DNA from: an uncultured Desulfocapsaceae bacterium
Lineage (GTDB): Bacteria; Desulfobacterota; Desulfobulbia; Desulfobulbales; Desulfocapsaceae
Direction of reading: 5' to 3'
Length of the DNA: 64,000 bases
Assembly (NCBI GenBank): GCA_964583415.1
Contig: CAZOWJ010000002.1
Span: 35,365-99,364, forward strand
The position numbers and the translations under genes are program-made. Shown in pieces: positions 27,642-38,017 of this stretch. Each line of letters starts with the position of its first letter. Positions within the stretch are counted from its first letter, which is position 1. The notes beneath the pieces are model-generated. The model did not search any database. It saw nothing but the letters and a program-made list of their open reading frames with translations, and was not told the DNA's origin.

Positions 27642-27857
27642 TGACGAAATGTACCTGTTATAAAATATTTTGCAAATAATTAATGACAATGACTCTATGT
27701 ATCCAGTAGTGCGCAATCTACATATATTATAATATATGGGCATATAGAGAGTGCACCCTGTTGGTTAAGTTGTTACTATAGTGGTCAGGAATAACTATCA
27801 GGGCACCGTAAGTGCATTAAATTTAATAAATATAACATAATATCAATAGAGTATGTG

Positions 27858-28712
27858 ATGACAAAAATTTTCGATACACCAAAAAAGGATGAGAAGGTAA
27901 CAGACTATATTATTGCTCAGGTCAGAGATGCAATATTGTCCGGAAAATTGAAACCCGGCAATCGTTTGGCATCTGAGAAGGAACTTACCGAAGAATTTCG
28001 GGTGAGCAAGGCCACCATGCGCGAAGCATTGCGTGGGCTTGTAGCCATGGGATTAATTGAAATTCGGCAGGGGTCTACGGGGGGAATATTCCTGACGGAA
28101 GTAAACTCTCAAACACTCATGCACAGTATGATGAATTTTATGCATTTCCAGTCGGTCTCGATACGGGAAATTACAATGCTGCGCTATATGTTAGAACCCC
28201 ATATTGCCCGTATTGCTGCCAACAAGATTACTCATGATGAGATTGAGCAATTGAAAGCTTATGTTATCAGCGGCAATTCAGATAACGATACCGACCGAAA
28301 GAAAAACACCAGTTTTCACCATTATTTGTCACGGGTTACCAATAATTCTCTGTTAATTTTGATTGTCGATTTTATTGACCACATGCTCGATGAAATGAAG
28401 CAATCTTTAGATCTTGGGGCGGATTTTCATAAGGAAATTCAGGTATCGCACAAGAAAATCCTCGACTGCCTGGTCAATGGAGACTCTGAAGGTGCCGGCC
28501 GGGCCATGGCTGATGATGTTGTAATGGTTGGAAAATTTATGTCTGAAAAAATGGGCGAAGAATCGTTTGATCCTGCCAGATTTGATCCTCAGGTAAATAC
28601 GGCTCTGGGGTCATTATCAGGGAACACTAATATGAAAATTCTTAAAGACCTCGGGAGTGCAGATATGTATCTGGTTGTGCCCCACGGAAAAACAGGTACT
28701 GCCAGTCGATGA
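27858..28712 (+). CDS. GntR-family (FadR/FCD subfamily) transcriptional regulator
   Basis: Winged HTH GNRLASEKELTEEFRVSKATMREALRGLVAMGLIEIRQG plus a helical FCD-like C-terminal domain. Confidence 0.85.
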   Translation: MTKIFDTPKKDEKVTDYIIAQVRDAILSGKLKPGNRLASEKELTEEFRVSKATMREALRGLVAMGLIEIRQGSTGGIFLTEVNSQTLMHSMMNFMHFQSVSIREITMLRYMLEPHIARIAANKITHDEIEQLKAYVISGNSDNDTDRKKNTSFHHYLSRVTNNSLLILIVDFIDHMLDEMKQSLDLGADFHKEIQVSHKKILDCLVNGDSEGAGRAMADDVVMVGKFMSEKMGEESFDPARFDPQVNTALGSLSGNTNMKILKDLGSADMYLVVPHGKTGTASR

Positions 28713-28834
28713 TTCTTTTCCTGTTGACTGCAATGGTGTTTAAATGAGAAACACCCACCTTTACCGGACTCCCATAACTATTGATAACTGTTTGGAAATA
28801 TTTGACAAGATAATAGTAATTCAGAATAAAACAA

Positions 28835-28846
28835 ATATCATGATAT
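28835..28846. promoter_or_regulatory. Perfect palindrome ATATCATGATAT, a candidate operator
   Basis: Related copies occur at 29005-29016 (ATATCATAATAT), about 28958-28975, and about 27826-27843 upstream of the GntR gene. Confidence 0.35.
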
Positions 28847-29004
28847 ATAACGAATATTTGCCAGACAAGGGGGCTGGTATTCTGGAGTTATCGTTAATTT
28901 TATCATTAGATATCAATTATTAGCCAGCCTGAGGCACGGATAGTCAGTAAATAAACACCATAATATCAAATATATAATTGTAATATGGGTAAAGTTGAGA
29001 TCAA

Positions 29005-29048
29005 ATATCATAATATATGTTGACAGAGCAGTGGCTTTACTTTAGTAT
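29005..29048 (+). promoter_or_regulatory. Operator-like palindrome abutting a sigma-70-type promoter
   Basis: ATATCATAATAT (29005-16), then TTGACA (29020-25), N17, then TAGTAT (29043-48). Confidence 0.45.
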
Positions 29049-29075
29049 TTTGCGGACAGACCAATCAGTCTGTTT

Positions 29076-29333
29076 GAGGCTGCAGCTCTTGGTATTGACA
29101 CTGAAGGCGTAAAAGATTCTGATGCTGGTGAGATCCTAGCCCAGACGATGATTGATTACTTTAAGCGTTTTAATGTTTTCAATGGCTTGAAGGCAGTAGG
29201 GTTCAGTGAATCTGACATCCCAAAACTGGTGGAAGGTACACTCCTTCAACATCGTGTGACCAAGCTTTCTCCAAGACCGGCAGGAGCTGATGAACGTGCA
29301 GAACTATTTAGAGGAGCCATGCAGTATTGGTAG
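29076..29333 (+). pseudogene. C-terminal remnant (~85 aa) of an iron-containing alcohol dehydrogenase
   Basis: EAAALGIDTEGVKDSDAGEILAQTMIDYFKRFNVFNGLKAVGFSESDIPKLVEGTL...LSPRPAGADERAELFRGAMQYW matches only the last helices of Fe-ADHs. Upstream is AT-rich non-coding DNA. Confidence 0.6.
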
Positions 29334-29404
29334 AAAATTATTAATATACGGGCACATAACAGGTGCTAATTCAATTAATTACAGAAAATTATAAGAGGAG
29401 CAAG

Positions 29405-30982
29405 ATGTTAGAGAACAGAGCAGATCGATATTTTTTCCAGGAGGGCGAGAGCAGCCCCAAGATTTTAAGGTATTGTGTTAACGGTGAGTGGAAAGAATCG
29501 AAAACAGAGAAATATATGGATTGTTTTAATCCTTCAACCGGTGAGGTCATAGCCAAGGCTCCCTGCTGTACCAAAGATGAAGTGGAGGCAGCTATAGCAG
29601 CAGCCAGTACTGCTTATCCCGACTGGTCAAACACGCCTGTGTCTAAACGTGTACAGGTATTATTTAAAATGAAGAGTCTTGTCGATGAGCACCTCAATGA
29701 GCTGACCCACCTGCTTGCCTCCGAGATGGGCAAGGAGTGGCCTGCAGCCATGGGTGATATTCTGAAGGTGAACGAGGTGGTGGAATTCGCCTGCGGCGCA
29801 CCGCACCTGATGAAAGGTGAGTCGTTAATGAATTGCTCCAACGGATATGATACCGTATTGTATCATCACCCGGTTGGTGTATTTGCAGGAATCGCTCCAT
29901 GGAATTTTCCGGCGATGATCCCCCATGGCTGGATGGCTCCGATCTGTATAGCGACTGGTAACTGCATGGTTTTAAAGGCTGCAAGCCATGTTCCCCAATC
30001 CTCCATGCGCTTGATGGAGCTGTGGAAAGAAGCAGGACTTCCGGATGGCGTTCTGAATGTAGTAACCACCAGTCGCGTTGAAGCTGAGATCCTGCTCGAG
30101 CACCCTGACATTAAAGGGGTCTCATTTGTTGGTTCGAGTAAAGTAGGAAAACACATCTACAAAACAGCTGCCGCCAATGGTAAACGTGTACAGGCGCTGA
30201 CTGAGGCCAAGAATCATGCGCTGGTTTTAAGAGACTGTAAAGTAGAGCGAACCGCTCGCGGAATCATGAATGCCTTCTGCGGGTGTGCCGGCCAGCGTTG
30301 TATGGCACTGCCTACTATCGTCGTCGAGAACGCCATAGCGGACGAGTTGATAAAGCATCTGGTAAAGTTTTCCTCAGAACTGCCGGTTGGCCCCGCTTAC
30401 GAGAAGTCATCGGGAATGGGACCTGTTGTCACTGCTGATCACCGCAAATTTGTTACCGACTGGATAGAAACCGGGGTTAAGGAAGGCGCGGAGTTGATTC
30501 TTGATGGTCGCGACATAAAAGTACCGGGTCACGAGAACGGCTTTTATGTTGGCCCAACGATCTTTGATAAAGTGACGGAAGATATGTCTGTCGGCCGTGA
30601 AGAGGTCTTTGGACCGGTACTGTGCATCAAACGGGTTGACAACTTTGAAGAAGGCCTCAAACTGATGAACGCCAGCCGTTTTGCCAACGGATCAGTAATC
30701 TATACGCAGAATGGATATTATGCCCGTACCTTTGCCAAAGAGACCGATGGCGGCATGGTCGGAATTAATGTCGGTATCCCTGTGCCGCTGGGCATATTTG
30801 GCTTTACCGGTCACAAACACTCATTTTATGGCGATCTTCACGTGATGGGCCAGGACGGTTTTAAGTTCTTTACCGAATCAAAGGTCGTCACCAAGACCTG
30901 GTTCCAGGAAGACGGCGAGGTTGATGCTAAAGTAGATACCTGGGATGGTACGATCACTTCCATGCCTGTTGATGATGAGTAA
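29405..30982 (+). CDS. mmsA: CoA-acylating methylmalonate/malonate-semialdehyde dehydrogenase (ALDH family)
   Basis: Motifs PVGVFAGIAPWNFPAMIP and GLPDGVLNVV, a catalytic-Cys context CGCAGQRCMALP, and EEVFGPVL. RBS AGAGGAG. Confidence 0.85.
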   Translation: MLENRADRYFFQEGESSPKILRYCVNGEWKESKTEKYMDCFNPSTGEVIAKAPCCTKDEVEAAIAAASTAYPDWSNTPVSKRVQVLFKMKSLVDEHLNELTHLLASEMGKEWPAAMGDILKVNEVVEFACGAPHLMKGESLMNCSNGYDTVLYHHPVGVFAGIAPWNFPAMIPHGWMAPICIATGNCMVLKAASHVPQSSMRLMELWKEAGLPDGVLNVVTTSRVEAEILLEHPDIKGVSFVGSSKVGKHIYKTAAANGKRVQALTEAKNHALVLRDCKVERTARGIMNAFCGCAGQRCMALPTIVVENAIADELIKHLVKFSSELPVGPAYEKSSGMGPVVTADHRKFVTDWIETGVKEGAELILDGRDIKVPGHENGFYVGPTIFDKVTEDMSVGREEVFGPVLCIKRVDNFEEGLKLMNASRFANGSVIYTQNGYYARTFAKETDGGMVGINVGIPVPLGIFGFTGHKHSFYGDLHVMGQDGFKFFTESKVVTKTWFQEDGEVDAKVDTWDGTITSMPVDDE

Positions 30983-30994
30983 TTATTGAAAAGA

Positions 30995-31024
30995 GTGCAG
31001 CCAGATGTGCAATACTGGCTGCAC
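30995..31024 (+). terminator. Hairpin terminator after mmsA
   Basis: GTGCAGCCAG-10 nt-CTGGCTGCAC. The T-tract is only interrupted (TTGCTGTCAAATTTTT). Confidence 0.5.
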
Positions 31025-31414
31025 TTGCTGTCAAATTTTTGCAACTGACTCATTGACGGGACTAACCGATATGAGTCAGTGCCTTTCCTCTGCTGAATAC
31101 TTCAATTAACATTTCATCTGTTCCGGTTTTACCGTGCCCCCTTCCTCTGCTTACTGTATCTGTGATTTTGTTTGCTCCTGAAATACCCAACCCAACAGGA
31201 TCCTTATCCAGTGCTTGGTATTACGCCAGGCGATACTGTCGTCGATAATTTTTTTTAAAAGATTTAGCTGCCGCTGATGGAATTATTCTTCAGCGTTGCT
31301 ATATTTTTCTGTTGTACTATTGGTTTGTGGTAGCCCATCATCGACCCGTGATTTTTCAGCTCTATCCCTCCGTAACAGATTGGCTGGATGACGTTTTGAG
31401 TGGAAGTAAAGGCC

Positions 31415-33811
31415 ATGAAAACAGATAATATTCGAAAGACAGCGGACTTCCTGCAGAGCCAGGGAGACAGTCCGGTTCTGAAACAGTTCTGCTGGTATAT
31501 GATCTGGCCAGTGATGACTGTGCTGCTGGTCATCTGTGTCGTTTACCTGGATCGAATGTACACCTTCAGGACCCAGACGATCGATCAGGAAAATATACGA
31601 TTAGATTCCTTACAGCTTCATTTTCAGGAGCGCAATCGAACTATTGCCTCAGATCTAAAGTCTTTGGGAAACAATCAGCTATTGCAATCATTTCTAAATG
31701 ATTCAGGATTCTTATCTTCTGATTCCGTGACAGAGCTGTTTGAACGCTATCTCGCTGGTAAAGCCTTTTATTCCAAAATTCGGTTGCTCAATCAGGGCGG
31801 CAAAGAATTAATAGCAGCAACAAATGGTGCTGACCGTACCGGTGCCGGTGAACCTCGGCTCAACTCTTTTGAGGACCCATCTGTTTTTGAAATGTTGTTA
31901 AAGCAGCAGGCAGATAAAATATATCTGTTATTTCCTCCTCAAAAGAGCTCTGGGAAACGTGCCCATGATTTCAAAACAGATTCTGTGCAGAGATTTTATT
32001 CTATTGTCAATGGCAGAAACGCTCAACCGGCAGGATTTATTACCCTGGACTACGATAGAGCCAAACTTTTTAATTCCCTGAATTACAGGAGCCTGGAGCA
32101 GTTCAGGCGGATTATTCTGGTAGATAGAGGAATGATCTGGGCTGTGTTCGGCCCCCCCTATCAGGCCAAAATGAATGGAGCTGCGTCAGGTGGAGAAATG
32201 GACTCTGAAGGGGAGAAGTTCTCTCCCAGGATGTATGAAGATCTCATTTCCAGGGTCATTTACCAGCCGGCAGGGCACTTTTTTCAGGATAGTGCCTTGT
32301 ATGTATATAAATCTGTCAACCCATTGACTTCCGGTGTGTTGGATGTGCACATAGATGACAGCAGCATTGTACATCTGCATAAAAAAGATGAACCAAATCA
32401 CTGGATTCTTGTCTCAGAGGTAAGTGAAACCTATTTTGATGCTCAGAGGCACTATTCTTTGAAATTTCTGAGCCTGCTTGGGGTGGCGCTGTTAATTCCA
32501 TCCTTTATTGCCTGCCTGTTTCTCGCCAAGGCCAGGGCACGTATGCAACTGGAATCAGCATTGCGATACCGGGAACACACTGATCACCTGGAGCAGCTGG
32601 AGACAAAGGTGCAGAAGCGTACCTGGGAACTGGATGACAGCAACCTGAAGCTCAGTGCAGAGATTGCAGAACGCCTCGCTGCCGAGAGGCAGCTCAAACT
32701 TAATAATGAGCTGTTATCAGGAATTATTGGGAGTATTGACGGCATTGTTTACGTGGCAGATTTTGACAGCCATGAGATTCTCTTTGCCAACGAGTACCTG
32801 AAACAGCTATTCGGTTTTGATCCGGTTGGCCGATTATGCTGGCAATTTATTCACGCAAACCAGGACGGCCCCTGTTCCTTCTGTACGAATTGCAGGCTTC
32901 TTGACAGGGCTGGTAACCCAACACCACCAATTCAGTGGGAGTATGAGAATCCCTACAACAAGAAATGGTATGCTGCAAAAGACCAGGCTATTATCTGGTC
33001 CAGTGGTAAATATGTTCGTCTGGAAATCGCCGTTGATATCACCGAGCAGAAACGGCTCCAGTATTTTCTTGAGGAAGCTCGAAAACAGGCCGAACTTGCA
33101 AAAGGTATACGCAGCCGGTTCGTGGCCCTTGTAGCCCATGACCTGAAATCACCATTTTTTTCTATTACCCAGATGCTTAAAAGAATATTGGAGCGAGAGA
33201 CCTTTACACATCAGGTTCATCAGCAATTCCTTGAGAATATAGTGAAAAACGGTCACCGTATGCTGCAGATGATTGATAATTTGTTATCAATGGATCGTTT
33301 TGAAACCGGTGAAATGAAACTGGACATGAAATTTTTTGATGTATCGACGATGGCGGATGAAGTCTTAGAGAATTTTAAGCATCCTGCATTGGAGAAAGAT
33401 CTCACATTGATCAATGAAATCCCGTCTGAGACTCGTCTGTATGCTGACAAATATCTTTACTACGTCGTTCTTAACAACCTGGTATCAAATGCAGTAAAAT
33501 TCAGTGAACGGCAAGGGCGTATCGTCTTGACTGTAACTGACAGGGTGCAATCAGCCACGATTGTGGTAACGGACAATGGGAGGGGCATGAGCCGGGAGTA
33601 TGCCCAGAATCTCTTTAAAGCTGATATCAGGACGAGCAGTCAGGGAACGCTTGGAGAGCAGGGAAGTGGGCTCGGGCTCATTTTCTGTCAGGATATCATG
33701 AAAGCACATCATGGAGAAATTCGCCTTGAGTCTCAACAGGGAATTGGTACCAGTTTTTATGTAGAATTGCCACGATGCTCAAGTATCGAAACCAATCAGG
33801 GTAATGACTGA
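31415..33811 (+). CDS. Membrane sensor histidine kinase (large extracytoplasmic domain, PAS, HisKA, HATPase)
   Basis: Two TM segments flank a ~300-aa domain. A coiled coil follows, then a PAS domain with CWQFIH..GPCSFCTNC, the H-box VALVAHDLKSP, and G-boxes DNGRGM and GSGLGL. An alternative GTG start is at 31400. Confidence 0.85.
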   Translation: MKTDNIRKTADFLQSQGDSPVLKQFCWYMIWPVMTVLLVICVVYLDRMYTFRTQTIDQENIRLDSLQLHFQERNRTIASDLKSLGNNQLLQSFLNDSGFLSSDSVTELFERYLAGKAFYSKIRLLNQGGKELIAATNGADRTGAGEPRLNSFEDPSVFEMLLKQQADKIYLLFPPQKSSGKRAHDFKTDSVQRFYSIVNGRNAQPAGFITLDYDRAKLFNSLNYRSLEQFRRIILVDRGMIWAVFGPPYQAKMNGAASGGEMDSEGEKFSPRMYEDLISRVIYQPAGHFFQDSALYVYKSVNPLTSGVLDVHIDDSSIVHLHKKDEPNHWILVSEVSETYFDAQRHYSLKFLSLLGVALLIPSFIACLFLAKARARMQLESALRYREHTDHLEQLETKVQKRTWELDDSNLKLSAEIAERLAAERQLKLNNELLSGIIGSIDGIVYVADFDSHEILFANEYLKQLFGFDPVGRLCWQFIHANQDGPCSFCTNCRLLDRAGNPTPPIQWEYENPYNKKWYAAKDQAIIWSSGKYVRLEIAVDITEQKRLQYFLEEARKQAELAKGIRSRFVALVAHDLKSPFFSITQMLKRILERETFTHQVHQQFLENIVKNGHRMLQMIDNLLSMDRFETGEMKLDMKFFDVSTMADEVLENFKHPALEKDLTLINEIPSETRLYADKYLYYVVLNNLVSNAVKFSERQGRIVLTVTDRVQSATIVVTDNGRGMSREYAQNLFKADIRTSSQGTLGEQGSGLGLIFCQDIMKAHHGEIRLESQQGIGTSFYVELPRCSSIETNQGND

Positions 33812-34093
33812 AAATCATCCTGATCTCAAATAGACGCCCCTGTCCGGTAAGAGATATTGAACGGGGTATTTTTGAACACCGCAGCTTTGCCCATCAGTTC
33901 TCTTCTTGAAAAATCCGCGCCACTATCTCAGGCGTACCAGTGCAAAGGGAAGCTGAATCACCCTATCTTTTTGATGACATATCAGATTTATTGTTTAAAA
34001 GTATAGACTATGTCTGAGAATAGCGTGATTTATATCGGTTGTGTGATCTTTTACCAGGACAATAAAGGGTATGTAGTTGTCAGAAGGAGGTGA

Positions 34094-35674
34094 GTGAACG
34101 TTTCTAACAGAAAAACTATCTTATACAGAGCTTTACTGGTACCGATCCTTCTTATTGTCTTCGCAGGGTGTGCCCGCTTGCCAGAAAATTCTGAGCGAAC
34201 TACATCGTTTGCCTATTCCGAGTCGGAAGAGACGAGAATTGGGAAGGATTGGGCGAAAGCCTTTCAGAACCATCCCGGCCAATCCGCCTATTATCTCCTG
34301 TACGATGGTCATGATGCACTGGTGGCAAGGGCACTACTTGCTTCTCGGGCTGAGCATACTATTGATGCCCAGTATTACCTTCTGCATAAAGACAAGGTGG
34401 GCGGACTGTTCATAGATCAGCTCTTAAAAGCTGCTGACCGGGGTGTCCGGGTACGTTTATTGGTGGATGATATGGGCATGGAAGGGCGGGATTTTAATAT
34501 AAGCGTCCTCGATAACCATGCCAATATCGAAGTCCGGATTTTCAATCCATTCGGGCGCAATACCAATAGAGTGTTCCAGTTTGTGACCGGGCTGGGCAAA
34601 CAGACACGGCGCGCCCATAATAAATCATTCACCATTGATAATATCGCCTCTATCCTTGGCGGACGTAATATTGGCAACGAATATTTTAACGCTGACCCTG
34701 AGTTTAATTTTTATGATCTGGATGTCCTCGTAGTTGGGCCTGTGGTTCGGGAGGTTTCAGGTTCATTTGATCAATTCTGGAATCATGAACTGAGTTATCC
34801 TAGCCCCTTATTGGCTGAAAAAATTCCAACCGCTGATCAGAGTCGAGAGATATTGGAAGAATTTGGCGATTATATCGCTGAACAGTCTAATTCTGAATAT
34901 ATCGAGAGTCTCAAAAATTCAGAATTTGCCCGTCACTTTAAGGACAAAACAGGAAAAATCAGTTGGGGGGTGGGAGAAATTGTTGGCGACGATCCTCAGA
35001 AACTAACGACAGATACTGCTGATACAACCTACCATCTGTCCCAGGAGCTTGCTCCGTACTTAGATAAAGTTGATAATGAACTCCTGATCATCTCCCCATA
35101 CTTCATACCCGGAAAAGGCGGACTCGCATATTTTAAAAAACTTCGTGAGCGTGGGGTCAATATAACTGTATTGACAAATTCCCTGGCCTCGACTGATGTT
35201 TCGATTGTACATTCCGGTTATGCCAATTACCGCAGACAACTCCTGAGGATGGGCGTGACATTATATGAGCTGAGCAGGAATCTCACGAAAGAACAGCAGC
35301 AGGTTGTGAAGGAGGGAAAACTATACGAGTCCAAATCGAGTCTTCATGCAAAGGCCATAATCATTGACCGATCGTTGGTATTTATCGGTTCATTGAACCT
35401 TGATCCTCGTTCTGTGAAGCAAAACACCGAAATTGGAATTGTTTTAAAATCTTCGGAGATAGCCGACCGTATGGCAATGTTTTTTGATAAATTCGTTCCC
35501 TCAGTAGCTTTTCGTCTGGAATTAAGAACAGATGAAAATGGTTTTGAACATATCGTCTGGCTAGGGGTGGTCGATGGTGAGGACCAGACACTTTACTGGG
35601 AACCGCATACCAGCTTCTGGGAGCGGTTTTCAATGGGTTTTTTAAGACTGATGCCTGCTGAGTCACAATTATGA
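34094..35674 (+). CDS. Phospholipase D-family lipoprotein (two HKD motifs)
   Basis: Lipobox LIVFAGC. HKD motifs HNKSFTIDN..GGRNIG and HAKAIIIDR..IGSLNLDPRS. Confidence 0.85.
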   Translation: MNVSNRKTILYRALLVPILLIVFAGCARLPENSERTTSFAYSESEETRIGKDWAKAFQNHPGQSAYYLLYDGHDALVARALLASRAEHTIDAQYYLLHKDKVGGLFIDQLLKAADRGVRVRLLVDDMGMEGRDFNISVLDNHANIEVRIFNPFGRNTNRVFQFVTGLGKQTRRAHNKSFTIDNIASILGGRNIGNEYFNADPEFNFYDLDVLVVGPVVREVSGSFDQFWNHELSYPSPLLAEKIPTADQSREILEEFGDYIAEQSNSEYIESLKNSEFARHFKDKTGKISWGVGEIVGDDPQKLTTDTADTTYHLSQELAPYLDKVDNELLIISPYFIPGKGGLAYFKKLRERGVNITVLTNSLASTDVSIVHSGYANYRRQLLRMGVTLYELSRNLTKEQQQVVKEGKLYESKSSLHAKAIIIDRSLVFIGSLNLDPRSVKQNTEIGIVLKSSEIADRMAMFFDKFVPSVAFRLELRTDENGFEHIVWLGVVDGEDQTLYWEPHTSFWERFSMGFLRLMPAESQL

Positions 35675-35781
35675 TCAACTGGCAGGCCTGGATCAGCAGC
35701 TTCGTTCATGAAATTGATACAATGGGCCATAGCCATACGGTCAAAAAATGACAGTTACATAACAAAGGTTGAGAGAAGCGT

Positions 35782-36435
35782 ATGAAAAGAACTTTAAGAG
35801 CAATGATGATAGCATCAGTTATCTTGTTGATTGGGGGTGCTGGCTTTGCGGCTGAGAATGAAACATTCAATACTGAGAAGATGATCTCTGATTTGAATGA
35901 CAAGATCGAATTATCCAAAGAGCAGTGGGAAAAGTTGAAGCCTGTCCTGGGTGAAAAGAGTGAGGAACTGAAGAAAAGCATAAATGAGCATGTTGATAAG
36001 GGCTATATCCAGATGGAGGAGATGTCCCGGAAGTTAAAGGGAGTCAGTGAGGACACGGAGAAGAAACTTGAAACCTTTCTCAATAGTGAGGAAATGCAGA
36101 AACTGAAAAACTACCTCAATGAGCTGGATGAAGAGGCCATAAAGGAGGCAAAAGATCGATTGGTTGCCGAATTTTCGGAAATCCTTGTCCTCACAGAGGA
36201 ACAGGTGGATAAACTCAAACCTGTTTTGGAAGACAGTATGAGCCAGATGTCTGAAATGATACAGGAGCTGGCAGACAGGGGCAGCAGTGGCTGGGAAGAA
36301 TTTAAAAAACAGTACAAGTCCTTAACTGAGGAGTTGAAAAAGAAACTGGAAGACACCCTGGATAGAAAACAGATGGAACGATTTGAGGAATACAAGCAGG
36401 ATAAACGGGATAAGATTGAGATAGCTTTTGCCTGA
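35782..36435 (+). CDS. Secreted coiled-coil protein with duplicated LTxxQ-type (Spy/CpxP-like) repeats
   Basis: It has a signal peptide. The two repeats are LSKEQWEKLKPVLGEKSEEL and LTEEQVDKLKPVLEDSMSQM. Confidence 0.55.
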   Translation: MKRTLRAMMIASVILLIGGAGFAAENETFNTEKMISDLNDKIELSKEQWEKLKPVLGEKSEELKKSINEHVDKGYIQMEEMSRKLKGVSEDTEKKLETFLNSEEMQKLKNYLNELDEEAIKEAKDRLVAEFSEILVLTEEQVDKLKPVLEDSMSQMSEMIQELADRGSSGWEEFKKQYKSLTEELKKKLEDTLDRKQMERFEEYKQDKRDKIEIAFA

Positions 36436-36474
36436 GACAGGTGTCTGTTGTTAATTATTTTTCTGGAGAGAGGG

Positions 36475-37575
36475 ATGGACCGTTCCAAAATCAATGATAA
36501 AAATTTTCTATCCTGGCTGACGCTTGCCATGATTGCCTGCTCACTGTGGCTTTTCAGGCCATATCTTCATTATCTGGTTGTCGGAGCTGTACTGGCATTA
36601 TCAACGAGTCACCTCTATGTTGCCCTGTTGGCATTTTCGGATAGATTTAAAGAGACAAGCTTATTGTATAAAACCCGTGAGGGAATGGCAGCGTTCGTTT
36701 TATCATTGACGTTTCTGGTGATGATTTTTGGTCCTTTACTCTATTTTATTTCGGTGATGTTACAACAGGCCGGGAACCTTGATCTGGACAGTATCAAACA
36801 GTCTCTGAGGGCTATTATTGAAAAACTGATTGATCTGCTCGATAGACTTCCATTTCTTGAAGAGCCGTTGACTCGCCTGAAGCAGGAGGGACTTTCTTTT
36901 ATAAGCGGTCCAGCCATTGACCTGCTGGCAGATGGTGCTGGGGGACTGATTACCGGAGTAAGCGGAATGGTCGGTCAGGTCGTCTGGATTCTTCTTTTTT
37001 ATTTCCTCTTCAATATGTATGGAAAGAAGATTTTGGTTTTTATTTCCGAGCTCGTACCGATGACCTATGAGCATCAGAGATACCTTTATCGTGAATGCAC
37101 CGGTACCGTCGCTGTGGTTTTTTACGGGACACTTTTCAATATGATTGCCCAGGGGCTTGCTTTTGGAGTCCTGATGGTTTTTATCGGTGATTATGATGCT
37201 CTTTATCTTGGCGCACTCTCAGGATTTTGCTCTGTTATTCCAATTGTCGGTGCTGCCCTTGTCTACGTACCGGTCATGGTTCTCGAGCTGCTGAATGGTA
37301 ATATCCTGAATTGCCTTATCATTCTTATCTTTGCCTTGGTGGTGATGGGTGTTCTTATTGATAATGTGCTGCGCATGATATTTATCGGTTTTTTGAAAAA
37401 AATGTTTGGCTTTGAATATACCATGAATGAGATCCTGATCTTGCTGGCAATACTTGCCGGCATCTCAACCATTGGTTTCTGGGGGTTGATAATCGGACCC
37501 TCTATCCTGGCTCTGACCCTGGCGGCAGCCAATCTCTATAGCTCATGGATTGATAAGGGCAAGGCCGGGTTGTAG
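36475..37575 (+). CDS. AI-2E/PerM (UPF0118) family transporter
   Basis: About 8 TM helices with a typical PerM layout. Start at ATG 36475 after GGAGAGAGGG. Confidence 0.75.
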   Translation: MDRSKINDKNFLSWLTLAMIACSLWLFRPYLHYLVVGAVLALSTSHLYVALLAFSDRFKETSLLYKTREGMAAFVLSLTFLVMIFGPLLYFISVMLQQAGNLDLDSIKQSLRAIIEKLIDLLDRLPFLEEPLTRLKQEGLSFISGPAIDLLADGAGGLITGVSGMVGQVVWILLFYFLFNMYGKKILVFISELVPMTYEHQRYLYRECTGTVAVVFYGTLFNMIAQGLAFGVLMVFIGDYDALYLGALSGFCSVIPIVGAALVYVPVMVLELLNGNILNCLIILIFALVVMGVLIDNVLRMIFIGFLKKMFGFEYTMNEILILLAILAGISTIGFWGLIIGPSILALTLAAANLYSSWIDKGKAGL

Positions 37576-37617
37576 TTTACTGTTACCACTCATTTTTCTC
37601 TTGAGAGGAGTCACCAT

Positions 37618-37830
37618 ATGGCTGGTTATGTTGATTCGGCACTGTTTATTTACTCTGAAGCGGGAGCGATATACCTCGACCTGATTGGCCAGAATCCACG
37701 GAACATATCCATATTGCCAGTGCCGATTACTGAATTCAGGCTGGCGCCTGAGACATTTACGGAACGGTCCTCTCACCTGCTCATTTCAGCTGAGCTTAGT
37801 GTCATTAAAGAAGTTATGAAGCGGATATGA
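37618..37830 (+). CDS. Hypothetical small protein (weak call)
   Basis: Good RBS GAGAGGAG 8 nt upstream. 70 aa. An ATGA overlap joins it to a second ORF (37827-38066). I recognise no family. Confidence 0.3.
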   Translation: MAGYVDSALFIYSEAGAIYLDLIGQNPRNISILPVPITEFRLAPETFTERSSHLLISAELSVIKEVMKRI

Positions 37831-38017
37831 TCGGTCATGATTGCTCAATTGATGACGGCATGATATCGGCCCTGATTGTGGCGCCATTCTCTACCATGGA
37901 CTATTTGAGACTGATGTGGATGAGGGTTAGATCAAATTTTCATGTCAGTAAAATTCAGACCTCAATTGGGTATATAAGGAGCCGGAATTCTATTTTTAGT
38001 GAATATGGGGCACCGGT

